Assembly (NCBI GenBank): GCA_964474825.1
Contig: CAYYWQ010000001.1
Location: 884,152-948,151 of the forward strand
DNA from: an uncultured Candidatus Saccharibacteria bacterium
GTDB taxonomy: Bacteria > Patescibacteriota > Doudnabacteria > UBA920
Length of the DNA stretch: 64,000 bases
Direction: 5' to 3'
Shown: one piece after another, positions 1 to 9,482 of the stretch
Layout: each line of letters starts with the position of its first letter
Position numbering within the stretch: the first letter of the stretch is position 1
Made by a program: the position numbers and the translations under genes
The notes under the pieces: generated by a model
Told to the model about the DNA's origin: nothing
Seen by the model: the letters and a program-made list of their open reading frames with translations, nothing else
Database searches by the model: none

Positions 1-1183
1 TCATACCGCCCAAGTGGTTTTTGGAAGCACCGCCAGAAAATTTACCGCCCCATAAAACCAACCCTACGGCTACGGCAAAAGCGGAGTCATCCACTCGGTC
101 TATAATAGTGTTAACGTTTTGGGGTTTTCCCAAAGCCGCGGGCAGGCGCAAATGTTTTTTTGCAAATTCAACTATGCCTTCTAGTTTACTTCCGCCGCCG
201 GTCAACACAATACCAGAAGGCAATTTACCGTCGCGATTTATTTTTTTCAGCTCTTTGTTAATATGCTCAAAAATTTCTTCCTGGCGCGCCTCTATAATTT
301 CCACCACGTAAGTCCTTAAGGTAACCTGTTCTTCCGCGCTGTCTATTTTAGATAAATCTATTTCTTCGTCTTTAGGAACAGCTTTTTCGTCACAGTGTCC
401 AAAAGCCAATTTAACTTTTTCCGCCGTGTCTATGCTGCAGCGGAGCCCAATGGCAATGTCGTTAGTCACGTGCATTTGACCAATGGGAATAACAGCAGTG
501 TGCAGCAAATCTCCTTCTTCATAAACCGCAAGGCTAGTGGTACCAGCCCCTAAATCCACAACGGCTACTCCCAAATCCCTCTGGCGCTTGCCAAGAACGG
601 CTTCGGCCGCGGCACAGGGCGCTAAAACTAAATCTTCAATTTCCAAACCCGCTTGCATTACGGCTTTGGTTAAATTTTTTACAAAAGGCAATCCTGCCTG
701 AACAATTAAAGTGTCTACCTCCAAACGGATGCCACTCATACCAAGCGGGTCTTTAATTCCGGTTTGGCCGTCTAACGTAAAAGTTTTTGGGAAGACATGA
801 AGGACTTCTTTGTTTTGGGGGATGGAAATAACCTGCGAGGCGTCTACGGCGCGCACAATGTCGTTCTCCATAATTTCGCCGTCCGCGCGGGACACCGCTA
901 TTACACCGTGTGAAGCGAGTGATGAGATATGACTGCCGCCAATGCTTACATTGGCCGACTCAACAGGCACGCCGGTCATGCGTTCCACTTTTTCTAAGGC
1001 CACGGAAATACTGGACACCGCTTCTTCAATGTCTACCAAAACACCGCGGCGAATTCCCGCGGCCGGCACCTCACTGGCGCCAATAACACTAAACTCCTGT
1101 TTTTCAGGGTCAAACTTGGCCTGCACCGCCCGAATATTGGCAGTACCGATATCCAAACCGACAATGTATTGTTCTTTAGACAT
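1..1183 (-). CDS. ftsA: Cell division protein FtsA (3' end runs off the window)
   Basis: Manual translation from ATG at 1183 gives MSKEQYIVGLDIGTANIRAV...GIRRGVLVDIEEA...VDLGAGTT...LTGGGSKL, which are FtsA actin-fold motifs. Confidence 0.95.
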   Translation of the reverse strand, partial: MSKEQYIVGLDIGTANIRAVQAKFDPEKQEFSVIGASEVPAAGIRRGVLVDIEEAVSSISVALEKVERMTGVPVESANVSIGGSHISSLASHGVIAVSRADGEIMENDIVRAVDASQVISIPQNKEVLHVFPKTFTLDGQTGIKDPLGMSGIRLEVDTLIVQAGLPFVKNLTKAVMQAGLEIEDLVLAPCAAAEAVLGKRQRDLGVAVVDLGAGTTSLAVYEEGDLLHTAVIPIGQMHVTNDIAIGLRCSIDTAEKVKLAFGHCDEKAVPKDEEIDLSKIDSAEEQVTLRTYVVEIIEARQEEIFEHINKELKKINRDGKLPSGIVLTGGGSKLEGIVEFAKKHLRLPAALGKPQNVNTIIDRVDDSAFAVAVGLVLWGGKFSGGASKNHLGGM

Positions 1184-1260
1184 CCGTAGTCTGTAGCGGG
1201 TAGCAAGTAGCTGGTAGCCATGCAGTTTCCTACAAGCTACTCTCTACAAGCTACAAGCTA
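1184..1260. repeat. Inverted 7-nt periodic array (NNGTAGN x5 / CTACNNN x4)
   Basis: ccgtagt ctgtagc gggtagc aagtagc tggtagc ... ctacaag ctactct ctacaag ctacaag cta; fills the whole yqeY-ftsA gap. Confidence 0.85.
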
Positions 1261-1698
1261 TTTTAGTTTTTCTTTCAAAATCTTGGCCAGCATTGCGCCG
1301 TCGGCTTTGTCGCCCACTTCTGCTTTTAACTTACCCATAACTTTTCCAAAATCGGCGGAAGTGGCTGACATTTCAGTAATTGTTTTTTCAATAATACCGG
1401 TGAGCTGTTCTTCGGACATTTGCGCAGGCAAATATTTTTGCAAAATTTCCGCTTCCTGAGTTTCTTTTTGGGCAAGTTCAACCCGCTCACCCTTTTGAAA
1501 AGCTTCGGCTGCCTCTTTTCGCCTTTTAACTTCGCTGCGGATTAAACTAATAATTTCCGCTTCTTCTAATTCGCGCGTTTTGGCAATTTGCTCGTTCTGC
1601 ACGCGGGTTTTTAGCCCACGCAAAGTATCTACCGCGACTTGGTCTTTAGCTTTCATTGCTGATTTTAAATCTGTTTCAATTTGGGAAAGTGAAATCAT
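1258..1698 (-). CDS. GatB/YqeY domain protein
   Basis: DLKSAMKAKD...EVKRRKEAAEAF...YLPAQMSEE...GKVMG...KADG; lies next to rpsU. Confidence 0.93.
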   Translation of the reverse strand: MISLSQIETDLKSAMKAKDQVAVDTLRGLKTRVQNEQIAKTRELEEAEIISLIRSEVKRRKEAAEAFQKGERVELAQKETQEAEILQKYLPAQMSEEQLTGIIEKTITEMSATSADFGKVMGKLKAEVGDKADGAMLAKILKEKLK

Positions 1699-1699
1699 A

Positions 1700-1787
1700 A
1701 AGTAGCTTTAAAGCGTATGAAGTTAAAAGTTATAAAGTAAACTGATTTCTCAGCTACCTTACAAACTTTATACTTTATAACTTTTCA
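1700..1787. repeat. Inverted 9-nt periodic array (TATAAAGTT / AACTTTATA)
   Basis: tatgaagttaaaagttataaagt...aaactttatactttataactttt. Confidence 0.75.
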
Positions 1788-1794
1788 ATGGTAT

Positions 1795-2034
1795 TTAACG
1801 GCGTCCGTAACGCTTGACGGGAACCGGCTTGCCAAGTTTTTTAAGCTCTTCTTTTTGAGCTTTTATTTGAGTGCGCCTTCGGGCCGCGACTTTTTGCAGG
1901 TTGCGGGACTTCGGGGGCTCAAAAAAACGGGTCTTGCGGGCACGAATAAGAACGCCGCTTTGCTGGATTTTGCGGTTAAAACGGCGCAATAGACTGTCAA
2001 AAGATTCGTTATCTTTTTTCTTAACTTCTACCAA
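1795..2034 (-). CDS. rpsU: 30S ribosomal protein S21
   Basis: VEVKKKDNESFDSLLRRFNRKIQQSG...FFEPP; AGAGGTGA SD precedes the TTG start. Confidence 0.93.
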   Translation of the reverse strand: MVEVKKKDNESFDSLLRRFNRKIQQSGVLIRARKTRFFEPPKSRNLQKVAARRRTQIKAQKEELKKLGKPVPVKRYGRR

Positions 2035-2155
2035 TTAAATCACCTCTTTCTTAAACCCAATACATAAACATTTTTAAAAATTAGTAAAATGTCTTATTAC
2101 AGGGCAAAAATAGTGCTTTTACTATAACAGTAATTGCCATTTTGGTCAAACCAGC

Positions 2156-2245
2156 CCTACTAAATACGAAATTAACTAAAAATACTAAAATAAAAACCCT
2201 AAAAAAGGGTTTTAGTACTTTTAGTCTATTTTAGTATTTAGTAGG
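2156..2245. repeat. Palindromic miniature element (CTACTAAATACGAAAT...TTTTAGTATTTAGTAG)
   Basis: Terminal inverted repeats shared with 17511..17590. Confidence 0.8.
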
Positions 2246-2253
2246 AGCCGAAT

Positions 2254-2589
2254 TTATTCGGCAAGTTTTTTCCCACCCATTACATGCAAATGCAAATGCG
2301 GTACAACCATACCGCCGTCTCGACCAACGTTAAACACCAGTTTATAACCGCTCTCGCCCACTCCCAGTTTTTCTGTCATTTGCTTAGCCGCAAAAATCAT
2401 TTTCCCGACAATGGGTTCGTCTTCCGCGGTTAAATGGTAAATGGAAACAATATGTTTTTTTGGAATAACTAACAAATGCACCGGCGCTTTGGGTAAAACG
2501 TCTTTAATCACTATTAAGTCTTCTGTTTCCAAAAGAAACTCGGATTCAATAGTGTGATTTATGATGTTGCAGAATACGCAGTCTTGCAT
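2254..2589 (-). CDS. HIT family (histidine triad) protein
   Basis: MQDCVFC...PKAPVHLLVIPKKH...VPHLHLHVMGG. True start is taken as 2589; the longer N-terminus in the ORF track is read through a repeat. Confidence 0.95.
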   Translation of the reverse strand: MQDCVFCNIINHTIESEFLLETEDLIVIKDVLPKAPVHLLVIPKKHIVSIYHLTAEDEPIVGKMIFAAKQMTEKLGVGESGYKLVFNVGRDGGMVVPHLHLHVMGGKKLAE

Positions 2590-2591
2590 AG

Positions 2592-2677
2592 AGTATAGTT
2601 TATAAAGTTTTAAAGTTTTTAAAGTTATAAAGTAAGTTCCCGACTTTACAAACTTTATGAACTTTATAACTTTCAAC
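2592..2677. repeat. Inverted 9-nt periodic array (TATAAAGTT family)
   Basis: tataaagttttaaagtttttaaagttataaagt...actttacaaactttatgaactttataactttc. Confidence 0.85.
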
Positions 2678-2686
2678 TCGCTCGGC

Positions 2687-3982
2687 CTAACGGCCGAGCC
2701 GCTTTTTTACTTCTTCCACTATTTTATCATAAGATATGACTTCTTGCATCCCGCTTTTTACGTCGCGCAAAATAACCAGTTCGTCCATAGCTTCCTTCTG
2801 GCCCATTATTAAGGCAATGGGCGCCTGAAAAGTCATGGCTTGCTTCAACTGGTTTTTAACCCCGCCTTCGCCAAAATGGTCGTAAACCGAAACTTGGTGG
2901 GAAGTTAAGTCACGGAACAAACGTAAACTTTTTTTGGCGGCAAGTTCACCAAGCGGCACTAAAAACACGTCATTCCTTTGCTCCTTGTTAACCAAAACTT
3001 TGCTGCGTTCAAGCAAAAACCTAAGCAAACTGGCGCTACCGGTAAAACCAAAACTGCAATAACTTTTCCCGCACAGCTGCTGCATATAACCTTCGTGACT
3101 ACCACCTTCCCCAATAATAAAAGATTCGTCTTTGTCTTTGTACTTAATGACAAAATTTGTCTGGCTATGGCCGTTGCTCCCCGCGTAAAGCGGATTTAGC
3201 TGGTAAGGCACGCCCAGCTCGTCTAAGGCTTCCAAAATATTTGTAAAATGTTTATGGGAATCCGGGTCTAGAAAATCTAAAACTGTAGGTGCTTCAGAGA
3301 GCAGGGCCTGGCAGTCTAAATTGTCGCAGCGAAGAACATTAAGCGGCCGCTGGGACAGGGCTTCATTACAATTATCACAAAGTTGGTATTTTTTGCCGGA
3401 CAAAAAATCTTTTAAGGTTCCCTGGTAAGCGGTTTGGCAGGCTTCCTGGCCAATGTTGTTAATTTCCAAAACAACTTTGTTCATCCCCAAAGAGTTAAGC
3501 AGTTCCCAAATCCCGCCAATAAGCTGGGCTTCGGCCAAATGGCTAAAGCTACCCAAAACTTCAAAACCAAATTCATAATTGCTGGAAAGTTTCTTTTTTT
3601 GATCCAGCCGGCTGGTCCAGCCCGAATAATACCACTTACACACTGGCAATTTGTCAAAAATTTTATGCTGGTAGTAACTGCGCAGCACCGAAGGCAGGAG
3701 ACTAGGGCGAAGCACGGCCGGTTTGTCGCCTCCATCTACGTGCAGCAGTGTCCCTTCCTCAGGCGCGTGATTTTGGAAAAAACTGTCGTAAAGATAATTA
3801 TCTTCCAACAGCGGCGTTTCAATGCGGCTAAAGCCGTAAGTCCTGCTTATTCTGTTAAGGCGTTTAAGCACAGCTTCCCAAAAAATATCGGTCTCTGAAA
3901 TAATATCAGCCATGCCTTCCAGGCTTTGGATTTTTTTTGGCACGTAAGCCGAGCCGGATGGAGTTTTTTTGTGTCTACCCAT
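2687..3982 (-). CDS. Histidyl-tRNA synthetase-like protein with degenerate catalytic motifs
   Basis: HisRS layout (YGFSRIETPLLE, LRP, GFEVLG, CxxC/CxxxxC insert, C-terminal anticodon domain), but RPEGT, RGLDYY, GGRYD and GLER are replaced. Confidence 0.85.
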   Translation of the reverse strand: MGRHKKTPSGSAYVPKKIQSLEGMADIISETDIFWEAVLKRLNRISRTYGFSRIETPLLEDNYLYDSFFQNHAPEEGTLLHVDGGDKPAVLRPSLLPSVLRSYYQHKIFDKLPVCKWYYSGWTSRLDQKKKLSSNYEFGFEVLGSFSHLAEAQLIGGIWELLNSLGMNKVVLEINNIGQEACQTAYQGTLKDFLSGKKYQLCDNCNEALSQRPLNVLRCDNLDCQALLSEAPTVLDFLDPDSHKHFTNILEALDELGVPYQLNPLYAGSNGHSQTNFVIKYKDKDESFIIGEGGSHEGYMQQLCGKSYCSFGFTGSASLLRFLLERSKVLVNKEQRNDVFLVPLGELAAKKSLRLFRDLTSHQVSVYDHFGEGGVKNQLKQAMTFQAPIALIMGQKEAMDELVILRDVKSGMQEVISYDKIVEEVKKRLGR

Positions 3983-4003
3983 AGATTAGTTGAAAGTTTA
4001 AAG

Positions 4004-4061
4004 CGACGCCTTTAGGCGTCGTCCCGAGTGCATCCGAGGGATCCCTCGACAAGCTCGGGAC
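4004..4061. repeat. GC-rich REP-like palindrome
   Basis: cgacgcc-ttta-ggcgtcg followed by gtcccgag...ctcgggac; contains GAGTGCATCCGA, shared with 49751 and 62463 (reverse complement). Confidence 0.7.
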
Positions 4062-4079
4062 GGCCGATGCAGCCGCTTT

Positions 4080-4694
4080 TTACTGATAGCTTGGTGTATG
4101 AAATGCTTTGGCCGCGCTTATTGGGAACACGCGGACCCAGACTCTTCCTACAATGTCGTTTTGCGGTAAAATACCCCAGACCCGGCTATCTGAGCTGCCG
4201 GTCCGGTTGTCCCCCAGCACATAGAACTCCTCACTGCCCAAGACCTTGTCTTGCGGCATGGATTTTCCCAAAGTTTCGGTGTGTTCGGGTAAGTAAGTTT
4301 CTTTTAATTTTAAACCCTGTGGGTCCTGTTTGTCGTAAATATAAACGCTGCCCTGGTCGTCAAAGGCCACACGGTCGCCGGGCAAACCAATTACCCTCTT
4401 AATAAAAAATTCCGAGGTATTCTTAGGGTTCCTTAGCACAATAACATCACCCCTTTTGGGCGGGGAAAAATGGTAGGACAAGCGGTCTACTATTAAGTAG
4501 TCCCCGTTATGGAAATTTGGCAGCATGGAAGAGCCGGAAACCACGAACGGCTCCGCCACAAAAGTCCGGAACGGCCAAATAATTATTATGGCAATGGCCA
4601 AAATTTTTACAAGGTCTAAAACAAATAATCCGGCGGCTTTAGCTGTACTTGGTTGGTTTTGAGGATTTTGATTTTGGTTTTCTACAGTTTCCAT
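4080..4694 (-). CDS. lepB: Signal peptidase I
   Basis: TM segment, then SGSSMLP, FIKRVIGLPGD and LGDNRTGSSDSRVWG. Confidence 0.97.
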   Translation of the reverse strand: METVENQNQNPQNQPSTAKAAGLFVLDLVKILAIAIIIIWPFRTFVAEPFVVSGSSMLPNFHNGDYLIVDRLSYHFSPPKRGDVIVLRNPKNTSEFFIKRVIGLPGDRVAFDDQGSVYIYDKQDPQGLKLKETYLPEHTETLGKSMPQDKVLGSEEFYVLGDNRTGSSDSRVWGILPQNDIVGRVWVRVFPISAAKAFHTPSYQ

Positions 4695-4780
4695 AAACTT
4701 AAAAAAATTAAAGAAGGTAATATAATTCTACTTATCGCCGGGAATAATGCAAGTATGGGGGCAAGAAGTTCATAAAAAGC

Positions 4781-4903
4781 CCCTCGACTTCGCCTAAAGG
4801 CTTCGCTCGGGACACTCGACTCGCTGTAAAAATCGTGGTGGTTTGAGGCCTCCCCAAGGCCGAAGCCACGAGCGAGCTTTGGCGTCAGCCAAAGCGAGTC
4901 GAG
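4781..4903 (-). repeat. Structured tRNA 3'-trailer element, copy 1
   Basis: 4804..4876 is 68/73 identical to 62376..62448; 13-bp perfect inverted repeat 4813..4825 / 4893..4905. Confidence 0.85.
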
Positions 4904-4980
4904 TGGTGGACGATACTGGACTCGAACCAGTGGCCTTTGCAATGTGAATGCAACGCTCTAACCAACTGAGCTAATCGTCC
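4904..4980 (-). tRNA. tRNA-Val(CAC)
   Basis: GGACGAT...TTGCA-TT-CAC-AT-TGCAA...GGTTCGAGTCC...ATCGTCCACCA cloverleaf with encoded CCA. Confidence 0.96.
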
Positions 4981-5125
4981 TAAAGTCTAACGGTAAAAAA
5001 CCTTAAAAGCAACAAAATCTCCCTTTACTTCGTAAAATATAACATTCCATAAGCTCCAATGCAAGCGCCCTTAACCTAAACCTGACTTTCAGATATAATA
5101 GTAAGAGTTACTTCAAACTTTTCTT

Positions 5126-6571
5126 ATGCCAAACATAGATTCAGCCCAGGGACCTAGCCCAACTAAAGGCCCAATTGTAACGAATTCCGCCAAAGTTAAC
5201 CTACTTTCCACAAATAAACCGCCTAAAGGCAAAAGCCGAATTTTGCGGAGGATTTTTTTTGTGCTTTTGTTGGCCATAGTTGTACTAGGCGGAACTTTGG
5301 TTCTGCGCGCCGTAAATTTGTCGGACAAAATTTTCGTTGGTCGCAAAATTTCCTTTTTCCAAAAAATCAAAGAAGTCTTTGCCGGTTCCACCGGGCAAAT
5401 ACGCCTTAGTGGTGAAGACGAAGGACAGATTAATGTGCTACTCTTAGGCATTGGAGGAGAAGGACATGACGGCCCATATTTGACCGATACAATGATAGTC
5501 GCGCAAATAAGGCCGTCCGACGGAGAAGTGGTGCTAACCTCCATCCCCCGCGACTATTGGGTAACCATACCGGGAGGATTTGGACAGGGCAAAATTAATT
5601 CCGCCTTTTCCGACGGTTACGTAAAACATCACGATTGGGCTGAAGGCGGAGAAACCTCAGTCAAAACCGTAGAAAAACTTACGGGACTAAAAATTCCCTA
5701 CTTTGCGGTAATAGATTTCTCCGGTTTTGAAAAAGCCATTAACCAAATTGGTGGCATAGATGTAAAAGTTGAGCGGACATTTACGGACTATACTTTCCCC
5801 AACGACGCCACGCTGGGTTACCTGGAACCGCAAACTTTTACCGAAGGATGGCAGCACATGGACGGTACTAAATCCTTAATTTTTGCTAGAAGCCGCCATG
5901 CCGCGGGCCCGGAAGGCAGTGATTTCGCCAGAAGCCTGAGGCAGCAAAAAGTTATTTCGGCTTTTAAAGACAAGGTTTTAAATCTAAACTTAATTAGCGA
6001 CTCCGGAAAAATTAACAACCTGCTCGGAACTTTTGCCGACCATTTCCACACCAACATTTCCCCGGGTGAAATATTCCGCACTTATTCTTTAGTCAAACAA
6101 AACAATATAAGCAACATTTTGTCTTTAAGCTTAGATCCGGAAACCAGTTTAATTTGCTCAAAAATTCTGGAAGACACAGGGGCTTATGTTTTAACTCCCT
6201 GCGAAGGTAAGACAGACGCGGACATTCAAGCATTCTTTAAAAACGCTTTTTCCATAGGAAAACTCAGTAAGGAAAAAGCCATTGTCTGGATGGCTTCCAG
6301 CAACCACAACACCGCGGCCTACGACAGAGCCAGCCGCCTTCTTACTCAAGCCGGGCTGACTGTATGGGAATTCAGCTACGCGGGAAAAGAATTACCGCAA
6401 AATTTATTTTACGAAGTTAACGCTAAACCTTCTACCGCGGAATTTTTAAAAAATACCTTAAACGCCACCGAAGCCACGCTGCCTCCCCCGAATTTAAAAC
6501 TTGACCCGGAGAAACTTGATATTGTAATAATTTTAGGCGGCAACTCCGCGGCCATAAAAGAACAACCATAA
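5126..6571 (+). CDS. LCP (LytR-CpsA-Psr) family protein
   Basis: TM segment, INVLLLG, LTDTMIV, SIPRD, KINSA, FARSRH, SDFARSLRQQ. Confidence 0.95.
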   Translation: MPNIDSAQGPSPTKGPIVTNSAKVNLLSTNKPPKGKSRILRRIFFVLLLAIVVLGGTLVLRAVNLSDKIFVGRKISFFQKIKEVFAGSTGQIRLSGEDEGQINVLLLGIGGEGHDGPYLTDTMIVAQIRPSDGEVVLTSIPRDYWVTIPGGFGQGKINSAFSDGYVKHHDWAEGGETSVKTVEKLTGLKIPYFAVIDFSGFEKAINQIGGIDVKVERTFTDYTFPNDATLGYLEPQTFTEGWQHMDGTKSLIFARSRHAAGPEGSDFARSLRQQKVISAFKDKVLNLNLISDSGKINNLLGTFADHFHTNISPGEIFRTYSLVKQNNISNILSLSLDPETSLICSKILEDTGAYVLTPCEGKTDADIQAFFKNAFSIGKLSKEKAIVWMASSNHNTAAYDRASRLLTQAGLTVWEFSYAGKELPQNLFYEVNAKPSTAEFLKNTLNATEATLPPPNLKLDPEKLDIVIILGGNSAAIKEQP

Positions 6572-6575
6572 ATTT

Positions 6576-7901
6576 ATGAACAAATCTTTTCCTATTGTCG
6601 CTTTAGTAGGGCTGCCCAATGTGGGCAAATCTACTTTGTTTAACAAAATTGTAGGCCACATGCCGGCAGTTACTTCGGACGTGGCGGGGACCACGCGCGA
6701 CAGGCAATACCAAGACACTGCTTGGAACGGCAAAAACTTTACTTTGGTGGACACAGCAGGACTTTCTAACGGCCCAAAAAACGAACTGGAACTGAATGTC
6801 CGCAAGCAAATAGAAGTGGCCATGGAAGAAGCGGACGTTATTATTTTAGTCATGGACGGAAAACAAAACCGTAACGTAATGGATGAGTCTGTATTAAAAA
6901 GTTTTAGGCGCATAAAAAAACCTCTTATTCTCTGCGTAAATAAATTAGACTCCCCCAGACAGCGGGAAGCCAAGCTTGAAGAATTTAAATCTTTTGGCAT
7001 AAAAAAACTTTTTGGCGTTTCCGCCATTTCAGGAGCCGGCACCGGCGACATGCTGGACTATATTGCCGAGGTGGTTAAAAATACTCCCGCTGAAGAAGCA
7101 ACAGACGAAACAGCCATTGCCATTTCCATTGTTGGAAAACCCAATGTGGGCAAGTCCTCTATATTTAACAAAATTCTGGACGAAGAACGCGTGGTCGTGT
7201 CCTCTGTACCCGGCACCACCAGAACAGCCATAGACAGCGACATTACCATAGAGGGACAAAAATATACCTTTATAGACACCGCGGGGCTAAAGAAAAAAAC
7301 CTACAGGCAAGAACAGCCGGACGTGTTTGGCGGCTTCCAGACTTTTAAAGCCATTCGCAGGAGTGATGTGTGTTTGTTTGTGATTGATTCCGTGGAAGAA
7401 CTAACCAAGCAGGACCAACGCGTGGCCCAAGAAATTTTTGCCATGGAAAAAGGCTGCATTGTAGTTTGTAATAAAATAGATTTATTTAAGGGCGACACAG
7501 AAAAACTTAAAGACTACGTTTCCATGCACTTCCCGTTTTTATGGATGTGCCCTGTATTCTTTGTTTCCGGCAAAACCGGTAAAGGACTTAAGGAAGCCTT
7601 GGACGCCATAAAACCAATTTATGACCGCCGCCATAAATCCCTGACCAAAGAAACACTCCAAGAATTCCTAACCAAGGCCTTAAAGAAAAACGAACCGAAA
7701 CTTCTCCGCGACCAAAGAAAACCAAAAGTCTTAGGCCTCACCCAAGTAGACGTTAATCCTCCAGCCTTCCAGCTCTACGTAAACTACCCCGCAGCCATCT
7801 CCATGCAATTCCGCAAATTCCTGGAAAACTCAATTATCCGCGAATTAGACTACTATGGAACTCCAATTGTAGTAAGATTGAAAGGAAAAGATAAAAGCTA
7901 A
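6576..7901 (+). CDS. der: Ribosome biogenesis GTPase Der (EngA)
   Basis: Two G domains (GLPNVGKS and GKPNVGKS, DTAG twice) plus C-terminal KH-like domain. Confidence 0.97.
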   Translation: MNKSFPIVALVGLPNVGKSTLFNKIVGHMPAVTSDVAGTTRDRQYQDTAWNGKNFTLVDTAGLSNGPKNELELNVRKQIEVAMEEADVIILVMDGKQNRNVMDESVLKSFRRIKKPLILCVNKLDSPRQREAKLEEFKSFGIKKLFGVSAISGAGTGDMLDYIAEVVKNTPAEEATDETAIAISIVGKPNVGKSSIFNKILDEERVVVSSVPGTTRTAIDSDITIEGQKYTFIDTAGLKKKTYRQEQPDVFGGFQTFKAIRRSDVCLFVIDSVEELTKQDQRVAQEIFAMEKGCIVVCNKIDLFKGDTEKLKDYVSMHFPFLWMCPVFFVSGKTGKGLKEALDAIKPIYDRRHKSLTKETLQEFLTKALKKNEPKLLRDQRKPKVLGLTQVDVNPPAFQLYVNYPAAISMQFRKFLENSIIRELDYYGTPIVVRLKGKDKS

Positions 7902-7903
7902 AC

Positions 7904-7934
7904 AAAAAAGACTCCCACTTGGGAGTCTTTTTTT
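7904..7934. terminator. Bidirectional intrinsic terminator
   Basis: aaaaaagactccca-ctt-gggagtctttttt between convergent genes. Confidence 0.85.
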
Positions 7935-7944
7935 AGACGGCTGA

Positions 7945-9405
7945 TCAAAAACCAATTTTGAAAGTCGGGTTTTCCATTTTCGCCCAGTCATCTCCCGTGC
8001 TACCACCAAGGTCTTTTTTATTTAAACCCACAGAATACAAAATTTTCTTTTCAGCATTGTAGCGAATAGGCTGGTGGTCAAACGGATCCTGCGACACACT
8101 TTCTAAATAATTTGGCACTAATGCATCCAGACTCGTGGGCAAAGAACCATTGTCCATTTGATACTGCTTAATAGCAAACTGTATCTGGACAATATTAGAA
8201 AGCAAATCCGCCTCACATCCTTTAGTTATGGCAGCTCCGAGTGGAAGACCAGTTACACTAAAAATTATTTTACCCACTGCATTTTCAGTAAATGGCAGTT
8301 TCCAACTTACTATATTATGCTGAAATAATTCCAACTGTTCATCTAAATCTTTCAACTCGCATCTTACTCCGATAGCCTCAACTTCCTGTTTATGTAAATT
8401 GAGGTATAAATTTTTAGTTTGATTTTTTTTATAATAATAACCATATTTCATAAAATAACTATAAGAGGGAGAAGGATCATCGGGGTTAATGCTTTGTTTT
8501 AAGTTTTCTTCTCTGGGAAGACTAAAAGTTTCATCAAGAGAATTGGAAATGTGTGTGTATTCAAATCGCAACATGTTCTTATACCCTTCCAAGTTATTAC
8601 TGGAATTACCAAGGACACTATTCACTTGAACCAGGGTTTCTTTACTGGAGCTACCATAAGGTAAAATTTGTAAAATTGTTTCAGAACCCAGCCTTCTTAT
8701 TGCAATTCCAACTAAACTACCAATTAAATTATTATTGCCTGCTAGCATATTATGACCCAATTTATTTAATTTTACAGCTTCCTGTAAGGCTTCGTCCGGT
8801 TTACCTTGGTATGACAAAGACAGGGACTTAATTGCTTGCAACCGCGCTGCGGTGCGCCAAGCATTTAGCGGGTAAAGCTTGTAGGAAATATGTAGGTTAG
8901 TAGGATCAGCGTAATCCGGGATTTGAAGATATTGCTTACTTGCCGCCTGATCAACTAATAATAACGTCTGCTGATTTTTTTCTAAAGCTTCGTCAACCAA
9001 CTTTTGATCCCATACAACTGGCTTAATATAATTTGTATAGGCCAAATCATCAAAGCCATCGGGGAGAGCAATTAGAGAATTACAGTCGGTAAGATCATTT
9101 GAAGTGCAGTTAGAAATTTTAAAAAGATCAAAAAATCCATTTTCACTGTCTGGCACGGAAATTTTTTGCAAACGAACTTGTGAATCATCGAGCAGTTTTG
9201 CGTCGCCCGGAAAAATTAGAGTCAAAATCCAGGGCAAGCTATAAACAGCAAGCGCCAAAAATATCAGAATGCCGAAAAACCACAAAAGCACTTTTTTCCA
9301 GCGTTTCATTTTGGGTTTTTGTGGAATTTGTGAAGACGGTAGCATAGACGCCAAAGGCTGCACTGGCGGAGTTGTTACTGGCACAGGATTATTGTCAATT
9401 TCCAT
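7945..9405 (-). CDS. Membrane-anchored hypothetical protein with C-terminal GspG/pseudopilin-like segment
   Basis: N-terminal TM; C-terminal YQMDNGSLPTSLDALVPNYL..DPF...LYSVG. Confidence 0.7.
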   Translation of the reverse strand: MEIDNNPVPVTTPPVQPLASMLPSSQIPQKPKMKRWKKVLLWFFGILIFLALAVYSLPWILTLIFPGDAKLLDDSQVRLQKISVPDSENGFFDLFKISNCTSNDLTDCNSLIALPDGFDDLAYTNYIKPVVWDQKLVDEALEKNQQTLLLVDQAASKQYLQIPDYADPTNLHISYKLYPLNAWRTAARLQAIKSLSLSYQGKPDEALQEAVKLNKLGHNMLAGNNNLIGSLVGIAIRRLGSETILQILPYGSSSKETLVQVNSVLGNSSNNLEGYKNMLRFEYTHISNSLDETFSLPREENLKQSINPDDPSPSYSYFMKYGYYYKKNQTKNLYLNLHKQEVEAIGVRCELKDLDEQLELFQHNIVSWKLPFTENAVGKIIFSVTGLPLGAAITKGCEADLLSNIVQIQFAIKQYQMDNGSLPTSLDALVPNYLESVSQDPFDHQPIRYNAEKKILYSVGLNKKDLGGSTGDDWAKMENPTFKIGF

Positions 9406-9482
9406 ATTTTTTGTTTCTAGAGGTTAATTTGGCTTTAGTATAGCACTTTTTGTGATTTTTAAATATCTGCTATAATCACTTT

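Noticed and set aside
2590-2676. N-terminal extension MKVIKFIKFVKS... on the HIT ORF
   Set aside because: It is translation through the 9-mer repeat array; the HIT domain begins at MQDCVFC (2589).
4682-4942. 86-aa ORF, and the similar ORF at 62352..62636
   Set aside because: They overlap tRNA-Val genes and their GC-rich trailers, so they are spurious.
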